This document shows positions 14,291-25,050 of a DNA stretch of 60,000 nt, one piece after another (the stretch's first letter is position 1; every line of letters begins with the position of its first letter). The notes beneath the pieces were generated by a model. It made no database searches and was not told where the DNA came from. It worked only from the letters and a program-made list of their open reading frames with translations. The position numbers and the translations under genes were made by a program. This DNA comes from Lama glama (lineage: Eukaryota). Where the stretch lies: the NCBI GenBank assembly GCA_028534125.1, contig CM052816.1, positions 73,844,001 to 73,904,000 on the forward strand, given 5' to 3'.

Positions 14291-14687
14291 AGATAAAATC
14301 TTTACAAATAGACTATAAATGTTAAGGGTTTCCCATCTCTTTAGTTGATAAGATAAAAAACACTTTTTTAAACTTCATGAAATTTCCATCAGCTAAAAAC
14401 TACCCTTTTTCCCATATCTACTTAGCCAATAATTAAGCCAACCAACCTATATGTGGCCTTTTCCATTGGTTAATTAAGTCAAAGGCATTTCCAAAGTATA
14501 AATTCTCCAAGAATTTTCTGCCATGGAAAAGCAGGTCTTTCCAGACAAATATCTAGCTTCTCCTTTCATTTTATCCTAGACAATGTAAATTTTGTATAAC
14601 CTATCTTCTTTGCCCTTTTAGTCAACTGACAGGGAGTTAAAGTTTGTACTCAACTGCAATAATTATCTCAAATCAGGTACCTGAAGA

Positions 14688-14862
14688 AATTGTTTTTCAA
14701 CCGCTTCTAAAATTGAGGTCTTAGGAAGGCTGTGCTTCAAGAAGCCCTGAGCAACCTGAAATTTTATACAAATTTTTTCTAGGATAAATGCCCATCTCTT
14801 CCACCAAAATCTCAAAATAGTTTATGACAACTCTCCCCAGCTGTTATAAATCACTGCCCTAA
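14688..14862. mobile_element. Possible old hAT-Charlie MITE
   Basis: ctgaaattttatacaaattttt core and a terminal gttataaatcactgcccta. Confidence 0.4.
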
Positions 14863-14904
14863 ACGGTTTTTAAGCTCTTGGTTTTCTTATTTCTTCTCAA
14901 ATTC

Positions 14905-15243
14905 TCGTTATTTTCTAGCTACTATTGAGGCATAACAAATTATTACAAAACTTAGTGACTTAAAACAACATTTTACTACGCCTCACCGTTTCTTTGAGGT
15001 GAGACTTCAGAAGGGACTTGGTTCTGGCTCCGGGGTGTCTTAGGTGGTTGCAGTGAGACGGTAACAGAAGCGTAAACATCAGGAGATTAAAGACCTTGAG
15101 GGCTGGCCAGGCATTTCTGTCTCTTCATGGAGTCTCAGCGTCTCGCCCTATGGTTTTTCCACAGAGATTAATTTGAGCTCCTTCACATGCAGCCCCAAGG
15201 CAGTCAGACCACGTACCTGACTGCTGACGGCTGTGAGAAAAAG
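14905..15243 (-). mobile_element. MLT1-family MaLR LTR, left portion
   Basis: cataacaaattattacaaaacttagtgacttaaaacaaca...gttctggctccggggtgtcttaggtggttgcagtgagacgg is typical of a reversed MLT1. Confidence 0.8.
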
Positions 15244-15245
15244 TA

Positions 15246-15999
15246 GAGCATTCCTCCCTTATCGGCGGTTTCAGTTACCCACAGTCCGAAAATATTAAGT
15301 GGAAAATTCCAGAAATAAACAATTTCTAAGTTTTAAATTGCCCGCCTTCTGAGTGACGTGCCGAAGTCTCGCGCTGTCTTGCTTTGTCCCGCGAGACTTG
15401 AATCATCTCGGCCTCCGGGCAAATCTCTTGCACCTCCGTTATCAACTATCGCGGCATCTCAGTTCCTGCGTTTAAGGAGTCGCTAACCGCCCCAAAGCGC
15501 AAGAGTAGAAACATTGCCAATTCAGATATGCCAAAGAAGAGCCGTAAAGTGCTTCCTTTAAGCGAAAAGGTGAAAGTTCTCAACTTAATAAGGAAAGAAA
15601 AATCTGCGTATGGGAACATTGCTAAGATCTACGGTAAGGACAAATTTTCTATTGGTGCACTTATGAAGAAGGAAAAAGAAATGTGTGCTGCTTTTGCTGT
15701 CGCACTTAAGATTGCAGGAAGTTGCAGCCACAGTGCGTGATAAGTGCTTCATTAAGATGGAAAAGGCATTAAATTCATACAAGATGTTTTCAGAGATCAC
15801 ATTCACGTAACTTTTATTACGGTACCTTGATGTAATTCTTCTATTTTGTTGTTATTTTTGTTAATCTCTTCCCATGCCTAAGTTATAAATTAAACTTTAT
15901 CATAGATGTGTATGTATAGTTAAAAAAAATAGTATATATAGGGTTTGGTACTATCCACACTTTCAGTCATCCACTGGGGATCTTAGGACACACCCCCAC
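15246..15999 (+). mobile_element. MER44/Tigger7 internal-deletion derivative (TcMar-Tigger) inserted in the MLT1
   Basis: TA at 15244-45 is followed by TIR-like gagcattcctcccttatcggcgg and gaaaatattaagtggaaaattccagaaataaacaat. The right part tatatatagggtttggtactatcc...tttcagtcatccactgggg matches MER44. The outer right TIR appears to be missing. Confidence 0.9.
15528..15740 (+). pseudogene. Tigger/pogo transposase N-terminal CENP-B/psq-type HTH fragment (70-aa open frame)
   Basis: MPKKSRKVLPLSEKVKVLNLIRKEKSAYGNIAKIYGKDKFSIGALMKKEKE fits the RK.L.L.EK..IAK.YG..S.I..I.K pattern of pogo-family transposases. Confidence 0.85.
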
Positions 16000-16110
16000 A
16001 ACTCTATTCATTGAAGCAGTCACGGAAGTCCAGTCACCCAGTTCTAAAAAGATTCCATCTCTTGATGGGAAGAGTGACAAAGAATTTGTGGACACTGTAA
16101 AACCATGACA
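16000..16110 (-). mobile_element. MLT1-family LTR, right portion
   Basis: ctctattcattgaagcagtcac...ccatctcttgatgggaagagtgacaaagaatttgtggac...aaaccatgaca continues the MLT1 interrupted by MER44. Confidence 0.75.
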
Positions 16111-16787
16111 TTTTGGATATGTGTGCATTATGAATTATTGATAGTAGGTAATGGTAATTGTCTGTGTAATTTAGGACCAAATTAAAAATCTCTTTGGATT
16201 CCACATTATGTCAAATAATAATATTATGCTTTATGGCTTTTAATAAATATAGTCTGCAATAGCTGTGACTAATTTTGATATTCAGATTGTAAATATCTCC
16301 CTCTCTGTAATTATATATATTATTGTTATATAATGATTTTCATAAAAATGACAGATCCTACTCTAATCAAGAGTAATTGTACCCTGATTTATCTTTTGTA
16401 TCCAGATTTTAACTATAAAGTTTTCTCAAAGCTGGATGCTCCTATATCATAACCTAGAGGGTGGCACAGTTTTGGCAAATTTTCTGGGTGAATGATTATG
16501 CTAATGTAAATTAAAACTTTTTGGTCATGAGTTATTAATTTGTTTATTGATAAAAAATTTAAATTTAGCATATGATTAACAGTTCTGAAATCCTTAGCCA
16601 AATTTCTGAGCTACACTAGAAACCATGAGAATATTCTATAACCAACTATTTGTAAAATTCAGTCATTTATTCTTCAGATAGTTAACATCAACTCACTATG
16701 CACAGCATTTAAACACATTCTTAGACAAATAACATATCATCACACAACATAATATATACTATGTTTTAAAATACAAAATGTTGTAAA

Positions 16788-16885
16788 CCTGATGATGACA
16801 CAACATTGTAAACTGACTATACTTCAGTAAGTGTGTACACACACACACACATATATACACATACACACACAAAGAAAAAAAAAAG
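16788..16885 (+). mobile_element. Extreme L1 3' terminus with a CA/TA microsatellite in its tail
   Basis: gacacaacattgtaaactgactatacttca, then (ca)n and an A-run; near-identical to 14234-14263. Confidence 0.85.
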
Positions 16886-19800
16886 AGCACATAAAAATCT
16901 GAATCAGGCCTATGGCCCATACAGCTTAGCTGTAAGAAAAACCTTCAGTCCTAAAACAAACACATTTCAGTCATTCTGAGTTTCCTCAATAACCCATTTA
17001 TTACCTTTTAAACATTAATTTATTTAAAACTGTTGTTTAGCATATTTTCATTCTACAATTTATTCCCTAAATCCTTACTGCTATATTCATGGTGATATAC
17101 CTTTTTTCTCCTAAAGCTTATCTCCTTTACTCTTCAAGGAGTTTCCCCGCTTTTCATACATTGAAATGCAGAAATGCAGTAAACCTGTCACTTCCTACTA
17201 ATCCACCTCCACTTCAACTTTACCCACTTCAAGCATGAGCCCCCCGATACTCATCCTAATCTTTCCAGCCCATCTTCATCAATTTGTTTCCTCCCCATGT
17301 TCATTCTTTTTAACTGATGTAAGTGCTCCCTCCCCTTCCCACCACCATCTCCAACAACACAGCAGACTCCTAAGGCTCAGAATTGAACATGGAACCATTT
17401 GAGACAGTGAGATAACATTTTCTGTGTATTTCCAAAACACTTTCAGCAAGTTATAAATTAAATTTTCCATGTGTTCTTAAATTTCAGTGGAATGATACAG
17501 AATCCACAGCCAGGAAAGGACAGAGACTAGAGATTCATCAAGATACAGGTAATGTCCTGGTGCTTACTTCAGTACACTGAAGGCCAAGAAAACCTACGTC
17601 CCCATAGTTGGCATTCCATTACAGCATTCCATCACTAATCACTATCCTACTAATGCTCTGTCGCTGTAACTCATGATCAACTGCATGAAGCCAGAAACAC
17701 CTCCAATAACATAGTCCATGTGGCTCTTGGGATATGAATGAAAAAACAAGATAATTCTAAACAAGCTCTTTAGAACATGTGCAGATATGGAAGAAACAGG
17801 CCCATCGGGCAGGGTTATTGTCTTATTTATCTGTGTGTCCACAGCATCCAGGGTAACTGGGATCATCATAGCCTTAAATACGTATTGAATGTTGAATTTG
17901 TTAATTATTAGACAATCATACAACTTTATAACAAAAACAAACCTTAGAAATCATCTAAACGAACCTCTTAATTTACAAAGAAATTGAAATCTAGAGACTT
18001 CATCTTGGCAAAGCCTTGGGAACTTGCCCAAAATTTAATAGCAAGATAGCTGACATAGAAATTAATCATTTTTCCATAACAGTACACTTTGTTCTATGAA
18101 TTCTCTAAAAACCCTCTTTGTTTTTACGACACTTTAAAGAGATAATTTTCCAGGGAATAAATATTCACACTTTACAGCCTAAAAAATAAGCTCAGTTGAC
18201 AAAACATATTAACTCAGTTGACTCTTTCCTCAGTCTCCCACATGTTGTAATTGCTGGTATGAAATTTGGTTGGTGTTCTTGCCCCAGCTCCTGCCCCCAT
18301 GCAGTGTCCTGAACCAACTGTTATACTTAATCCAGCTTTGTTTGAGTCTAGTGTTGTTATGCTCAGCTACTTTATGTATTACTAATTTTGTAATATGTGA
18401 AGACTGATGAAGCCACTGAAATGCCATAATGTGAACTACAATAGAAATGCACAATTTATTTCCAAACCCATTGGTGCAAAGACTGACACTCGTTGCTATT
18501 ACATAGGGTTCCTGTGCAGATAATTCTCTGCCTTGAAAGGGAATAGTTTGGGGAACAATTAATTCAAACCACTTGAAAAACTGAGATTGCACAGAAACTC
18601 ATTTCAATGCCTGACATGAGTCTGTGTATACCCTTTCTACTCCCACTAACCTCACTGCCATTTGATTCTCACCCAGCTTGTCTCTTTTCTATGTGTGTCA
18701 ACAAGAGGTGCCTGGGAGTGAAAGAGATGTGGAATTACAAGCCAAGCCTAGAAAGGGAATTTGAATCCCTTGTCCTTTGTGTACTGCTCCTAACTACAGT
18801 GTCTGCAAACCACAACGCCAACATCTGGGAAATAGAATTAACAGCATTGAAAAAAGCCTCCATATGTCACATAGCCCCATCTTTTGTGCCCAAGTCAGAC
18901 GGTCCCTAATGATAACAAACAGTTAACATCTCCAAGGAAAAGAGCTGCTATAACCTCCTTTGGTATCTATCATGCTAACTATGATAAACTGATGGAGTGA
19001 GTGTGTTATAGGCCACGTTCTCATGATCCAGATGGCTCTCTCTATTACACAGTGGAATTCTCCCATAGATGTCAACAGAACAAGAGTGTGGATGTCTTTT
19101 CCGAGTCATATGCAAGAAGATACACAATCTGGCTTGTGCAGGAGTTGTTAAGGGAGAACAGAAGAATGAGGAGGATTGGAGATGTGGGGAAGGGAGGCTT
19201 TGACTGCTCAAACATTCATTTTTCCATGATATCAACATTTAAAGACTGCCCTTGCCTTGCTCAGCAAACACCATTGGAAGGCATCTGTATAAAATGAAGA
19301 CAAAAGTTGACCTTTTTGCAGAGATGCTACATCTGAGAGATGATAAGTCGCAGCCAAACTCCTCACATCCTGGCCATTTATTGGTAAAACAACAGATGCA
19401 AAATGAATCAGAAGTCTCACTCCTCATACCAATAGATTCTACGTCCTTAAATTTGAGGGTGTAGCCAACATAGTTTCTTAGAAATAAAGAATAACTGTCT
19501 GAGTTTTAGTCAGTGTGACAATGAGGGTAGCTTCCTCAATGGAAAACAGATAACCATACTTATAAATCAGGTTAAAAAATAAGTGTATTATTATTGTGTC
19601 CTTGATATGAAAGGAAAAACAAACATTGAGTACCATTTATTTTTAAACTCTGCAATTCTATGAGGCAAGTACTGTTACCTGTCTTTCACATAAAGGGAAA
19701 TTGCACAATTGGCAAGTAAGATAGTGTCCAGATTCAAAATCTGGAGTTTCTCGTTATAAAACCACGTGGTCTTTCCATTGAGCCACAGAGAAAAAGAAAA

Positions 19801-20519
19801 ATATTTTTATCTTCTTATTTCTCCTGTAAACAACAGAGCTATGCTCTAGTGAAAAATAATTTCTAAAAATTTGTGATTAATGGGAACTTACTTTTTTAAA
19901 TGATTCATTAAACAAACAAACAAAAAAACAAAGTTTAGATTTACTCTTTGTGATATTTGAAGGATGTTATCTACCTAAGTCATTATGTTACGCCTGTGCT
20001 GCCTTCGTCAAGACCTTATTCTTAAAAGATCTCTGTATTCTCTCTCACCACCCTACCTCTCACATGGACTTTGGAATGATAATCAGCCTGGAAAGAAAAA
20101 GAAAGGGAGGCAGAAATTTCCCTAGGTGAATTTCTACCATATGAGAAGCAAGCAGTTAATAGCATTTAACACTGTATCATATATTATAGTTATTCATATA
20201 CATGTCTTAGATCTCCTGTACTTCCATAAGCCTTTTGTAAGCAGGAGCCACACCTTACTCATTCATAGATTCCCAGAGGAGGCTCAAGTAATCTTTTGAA
20301 TGAATTCACTTCAGGCAGATACCTCTACAAAGATTGGTTGAATATTGAAGTAAGATTTTTAAACCAAATATATATTTGTTGAATCTAATCAAATGTCTTA
20401 TTTGGTAATATATTATTAAAGAGCTGCTGGCACTCTCACATAGAACTAAAAGTACATGTTTCTGGAATCAGCTACCTTAAACCTTTGCCTGGGAAAAAGA
20501 AGGCAATAATCAACAACTG

Positions 20520-20700
20520 CAGAATGTGAGCACTGAATGAATCCTTAAAGATCATCACCAGCAACAACATATTTACTGATGAAGAAACCTTGGTCTAAAG
20601 AGGTTAAATAATTTGCCTAATATCACATAAGATCATGGCAAAGTAGTACTAAAACCCAGACTTCAAATTTAATAATGAAATGCCTTTTCTCTTGTATGAC
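20520..20700 (-). mobile_element. MIR SINE fragment
   Basis: atttactgatgaagaaaccttggtctaaagaggttaaataatttgcctaatatcaca. Confidence 0.7.
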
Positions 20701-21849
20701 TCGGATCATCCTTCTCATATTTCTGAATGAGTAGATAAACTGACAAGTCTTACCAAATACGGAAAGGGAATGGACTAATACCGTGCTATGGGCTAACATT
20801 ATTAAAACCAGCCTTTATGGGATGTGATTCTTGTTTCCCCAAAAGACATAATTAGACATGCACCATGTAAATGGGTATTTATAATACATTATAACAAAAT
20901 TATGCTGTATTCCCAAGGTACCTCATCTGTTTCAGTTAGCTTCTGAGGTTAACTGGGGCAGTCTCATTTTTCTTATCTTGATTTGATGTGTTCTTCCTTA
21001 TTTTTTGAAGATGCTATGATGATAAGGCAAATTTCAGTGAAGTTCTTGGAATGACTGAGAACCCAAGCTCAAAATTATGAGCCCAAAAATGTGTTTTTCC
21101 TGCCTGCTCCTTCTTTCCTTCTTCAATTCTGCTACTTCAATTCTGTTACTTTACAACAAAGGGGATTCATTAATCATGATGTTGGATGGAAAACATGCTA
21201 TCTAAAGGCATCCTCAGTGTTCTATGGCTGCTGGGGAGAGCATGCAACAAACTCTAGGGAAGACTGAGGGAAAAGGGGCTCCACTGATATGCTTGTGGTT
21301 CTATTTATTTCTTAGCAAGAAAAAAAGAATACCACAAAAGCCATAATTTGCAGGTCTTCTTTGCCAGGAACACTCCTCAAGACAGCACATCCTGCTGTGG
21401 TCTTAATCTTGTGACTCTTGACTCAGTCCTCTGAAAGAATGGGCCTTCAGAGGGGACAATTATGAATGTCCCTGCTCCACCCAGATCTTCCACTCTCATC
21501 TCTTTTTTCTAACATTCCTCTGTTGTTGTTTTTTAAAAAATTAATTTTTCTGTTAGTTTTTCTTCCTCTTTACTGGTTCCCTTAGGAACATATTCAGGGA
21601 AAAAATACTTTCTCTCATTCCTCCATGAGGTTATAGTCTTTCTTATTTCAATCCAAGTAACTGATATAAGAAGCTTCAAGAGAAGCAATGGCTATAAACA
21701 GAAATTACAGAGTTGATGGAAAGAGGGTTTACAAAAAAGTTATTAAAATATGGCAAAACGAGGCCATCCGACAACCTGGAAGGAATAAGGTAGCTTTCCT
21801 ACAGATCAAGAAATTTGTTCTTGCATATATCACACCCATTTTAAGGCAA

Positions 21850-22224
21850 AAAAATAATTGCTAGTGGTTCACTAAAATCCATGTGCTTCTCTTTGTCCTG
21901 GGCACACAACTGTACTATATTTCATAGCTTTCCTTGCATTGGAAGAGGCAATATATTGAGTTCTAGCAAATGGAATATTAATGGAAGGGTAGGCCCTGTA
22001 TAAACCATAAGCATGTTTCTATATGTTCTTTTTGTCACTAACTGTCAGGGATGGAGATAACTACAATGATCTTGATAGGCATGTGTTAATAAAAGTGCCA
22101 GAGCCCCCATAAGTCTGACTCCTGAGAAAGAGAGCCACCCTAAAAAAAATTTCTATTATTTTTGAGTGATTATACATTTTGCACCTATTTGTTATAGCAG
22201 CTAGTGTCACCCTAACTAGCACAC
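21850..22224 (+). mobile_element. MLT1 (I/J-like) MaLR solo LTR
   Basis: cctgggcacacaactgtactatatttcatagctttccttgca...tgagttctagcaaatggaat...ttgttatagcagctagtgtcaccctaactagcaca. Confidence 0.8.
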
Positions 22225-23220
22225 ACTTATTTCTAGGTACCGTAATCAGAGAACAGGTATTAAGAGACCTATGTATCACTTCAACTCTGCACTAAGTACA
22301 ATTTTTACCTTAGATGCATTGCTTCATTTTTTTAGTATCTTCTAATATTTGATAGGAATAAAAACCCCACAGAGGTTAATCAAAGAGTCAAGAACCTTAG
22401 TGTTAAAAGACAACCTAGCCTAGACAGATGAGGAAACCACAGTCCAGAACAATTAGCCCATTTGAACCAGATCTCATAACCAGTTAGGGACATAGGTGGC
22501 ATTAGAATCCATCTATTAGTCCCACTCCAGGGTTCTTCTCTCTCACAGCTTATAGTGGAATGATTCCCCCCAAAGGGAATATTTCAATTAGTAGGGAGAA
22601 AGAATTCACATTTATATTAATTGGCATTCTACTTGTAATACTATCATAAAAAGTGTCGTTTAATTTGGTTAAGACTCTATACCTTGATTATATTGTGCCT
22701 ATTTTGAATGCACATAATAACTGAAAGGACAAATTCTACTGCCTAGGAAAAGAAAACATATTACTAATCACCGATTAACATTATTGACTCAAAAGAAGAT
22801 TTTTTTAAAGTTATGATTATTGGACAGTAATCATAACTATGTCAAATGCCGAGGCTTTTTTTTCCCATATTGCTCCTTGCTAATCAAATCCAAAGTACTG
22901 GAGAACAAATAGGTGAGTTTTAGGACCATTCTCAATCAAGAATCTATTTTGTTGATAATTTGTCCCCAAAATATAAAATTTTGAGAAATATTTGATAAAT
23001 ATGTGAATAAACTCATTGCATTTACCCCATAGAGCTTTTATGCTATAATTCTTTACATCACTTATCATTAGCTATAGTAAACTATCCATTAATTTTCCTT
23101 TGATATGCAATATCCTACATTGCAAGCTTTTTTGCAGAAAGCCCAACACCTGCTTAAACCAAAGGCACAAGAGTGTAATGACCAAAGGCATAGGTTTTAG
23201 CCAGACAGCATAGGGTTTGG

Positions 23221-24166
23221 TTTTTTAATTGAGGTATAGTTGATTTACAATGTGGTGATAGTTTCGGGTATATAACATACGGATTCAGTTATATGTATAT
23301 TCTTTTTCATTATAGGTTACTACAAGTTATTGAATACAGTTCCCCGTGCTATACAGTAGGACCTTGTTGATTATCTATTCTGGACATACAGATTGTATCT
23401 GCTAATCCCAAACTCCCAATTTATTCCTCCCCACCTTTCCCCTTTGGTAACCATAGTGTGTTTTCTATGTCTGTGAGTTTAGTTTCTGTTTTGTAAGTCC
23501 ATTTGTGTCACTTTTTTAGATTCCACATGTAAGTGATATCACATGGTATTTGTCTTTCCCTGTTTGACTTATTTCACTTAGTATAATAATCTCTCATGTT
23601 GCTGTAAATGTCATTATTTCATTATTTTTCATGGCTGAGTGGTATTCCACATCTTTATCCAGTCATCTGTCTGGATGAACAGTTATGTTGCTTCCATGTC
23701 TTGGCTATTGTAAATTATGCTATGAACATTCGGGTGCATGTATCTTTTCAAATTGGAGTTTTCTTCAGATCTATGCCCCGCAGTGGGATTGCTGATAGCA
23801 TGGTAACTCTATTTTTAGTTTTTAAGGAGTCTTCATACTTTTTTCCATAAGGGCTACACCAAATTACATTACCACCAACAATGTAGGAAGATTCCCTTTT
23901 CGCAACATCCTCTCCAGCATTTATTGTTTGTGGATTTTTTAATGATGGCCTCCTGGCTGGTATGAGGTGATACCTCATTATAGTTTTGATTTGCATTTCT
24001 CTGATAATTAGCAATGTTGAGCATTTTTTCATGTGCTTATTGGCCATCTGTATGTCTTCATTGGAGAAATGTTTGCTTAAGTCTTCTACCCATTTTTTGA
24101 TTGGGTTTTTGTTGTTGTTGTTACTGAGTTGTATGAGCTATTTGTATATTCTGGAAATAAAACCCT
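23221..24166 (-). mobile_element. 5'-truncated L1 (ORF2 C-terminus and 3' UTR), cetartiodactyl type
   Basis: The minus ORF 23748-24047 [28 protein letters not shown] is L1 ORF2. The T-rich tail and 3' UTR start at 23221. Confidence 0.95.
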
Positions 24167-24271
24167 CAAATAGTGTAGGTTTTAATCCCAAGTCTAACAG
24201 TTATCTTTCGCCCTTTATTTTATTTCCCTATGCCTTATAAGTCAGATGTGCTAATGATAACTGAATAGACC

Positions 24272-24735
24272 ATGTTTTGTATGGATATTAGCAAGAAAAA
24301 AAATGGCACACTCAAACAGGGTTTGAGGAGAGACTGATGACAGGACTATTTGCAAAGTTGTGAGGTGGGGGTCAGAGCACCGCTGAGCTAGCAATAGCAG
24401 ACTTTACCACCCTACACCTAGTAGGTAGAAGGAAGACACTGTTACCAAAACCCAGAGAGAGTGACTATTGGAGAAGACCAAATAAACAGGAGCTATGGTC
24501 TTTGAGAAAGGGATGCAGCCAAACCACAGTGGCCCAAAAGGGAGGAAACAAAAGTAATAGGTACCATGACCTCACTTATCTTCCACCTCCTGATCTCATG
24601 TTGGCAAGTCTCTTCAGCAAACACAACCAGAAATCATAAAGCAAAATATTTAGTACCAAAGGTCAGCCTCTCAAGGCACAGAGCAGGGTATGGAAGGATG
24701 GACAGTGCCTGAAGGAGTAAACAAAAATGAGCACA
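24272..24735 (-). mobile_element. LTR33-like ERVL solo LTR
   Basis: atggcacactcaaacagggtttgaggagag...ggactatttgcaaag and ggtcagcctctcaaggcacagagcaggg, the reverse of recalled LTR33 ends. Confidence 0.7.
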
Positions 24736-24829
24736 TCTTATAGAGTTTTTGTGAAGACTAGAAGTGCTAAAATACATAAAGTACTTATAGTTGTGTCTAG
24801 CATGATGAAAGTGTTTGCTGTTATTTTGA

Positions 24830-25050
24830 GTAGAGTGGCAGTATGGCACAATAATATGAAGCCACACTGCCTAGATTTAAATTCCTGTTGTGTTGCTTAC
24901 TAGGATTGTGACCCCTTGAGCAATTTTAATTTCTCTGTTTCTGTTTCTTCTTCAGTAAAATGGGGAAAAACTAAAACCCTTATAGGTTGTATGATAATTA
25001 AGTGATAACATTTGTAAAACACTTAGAATAGTGCCCAGTGTATCTAAGCA
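24830..25050 (+). mobile_element. MIR SINE
   Basis: ctgcctagatttaaattcctg...tctgtttcttcttcagtaaaatgggg...tgtaaaacacttagaatagtgcccag. Confidence 0.85.

Noticed and set aside
18404..18430. Hammerhead-ribozyme-like core CTGATGA-agccact-GAAA
   Set aside because: Stem II would be only 2 bp and I cannot form a stem I in either type I or type III topology; probably chance.
23748..24240. 99-aa and 84-aa ORFs as genes
   Set aside because: They are the sense and antisense readings of a decayed L1 ORF2.
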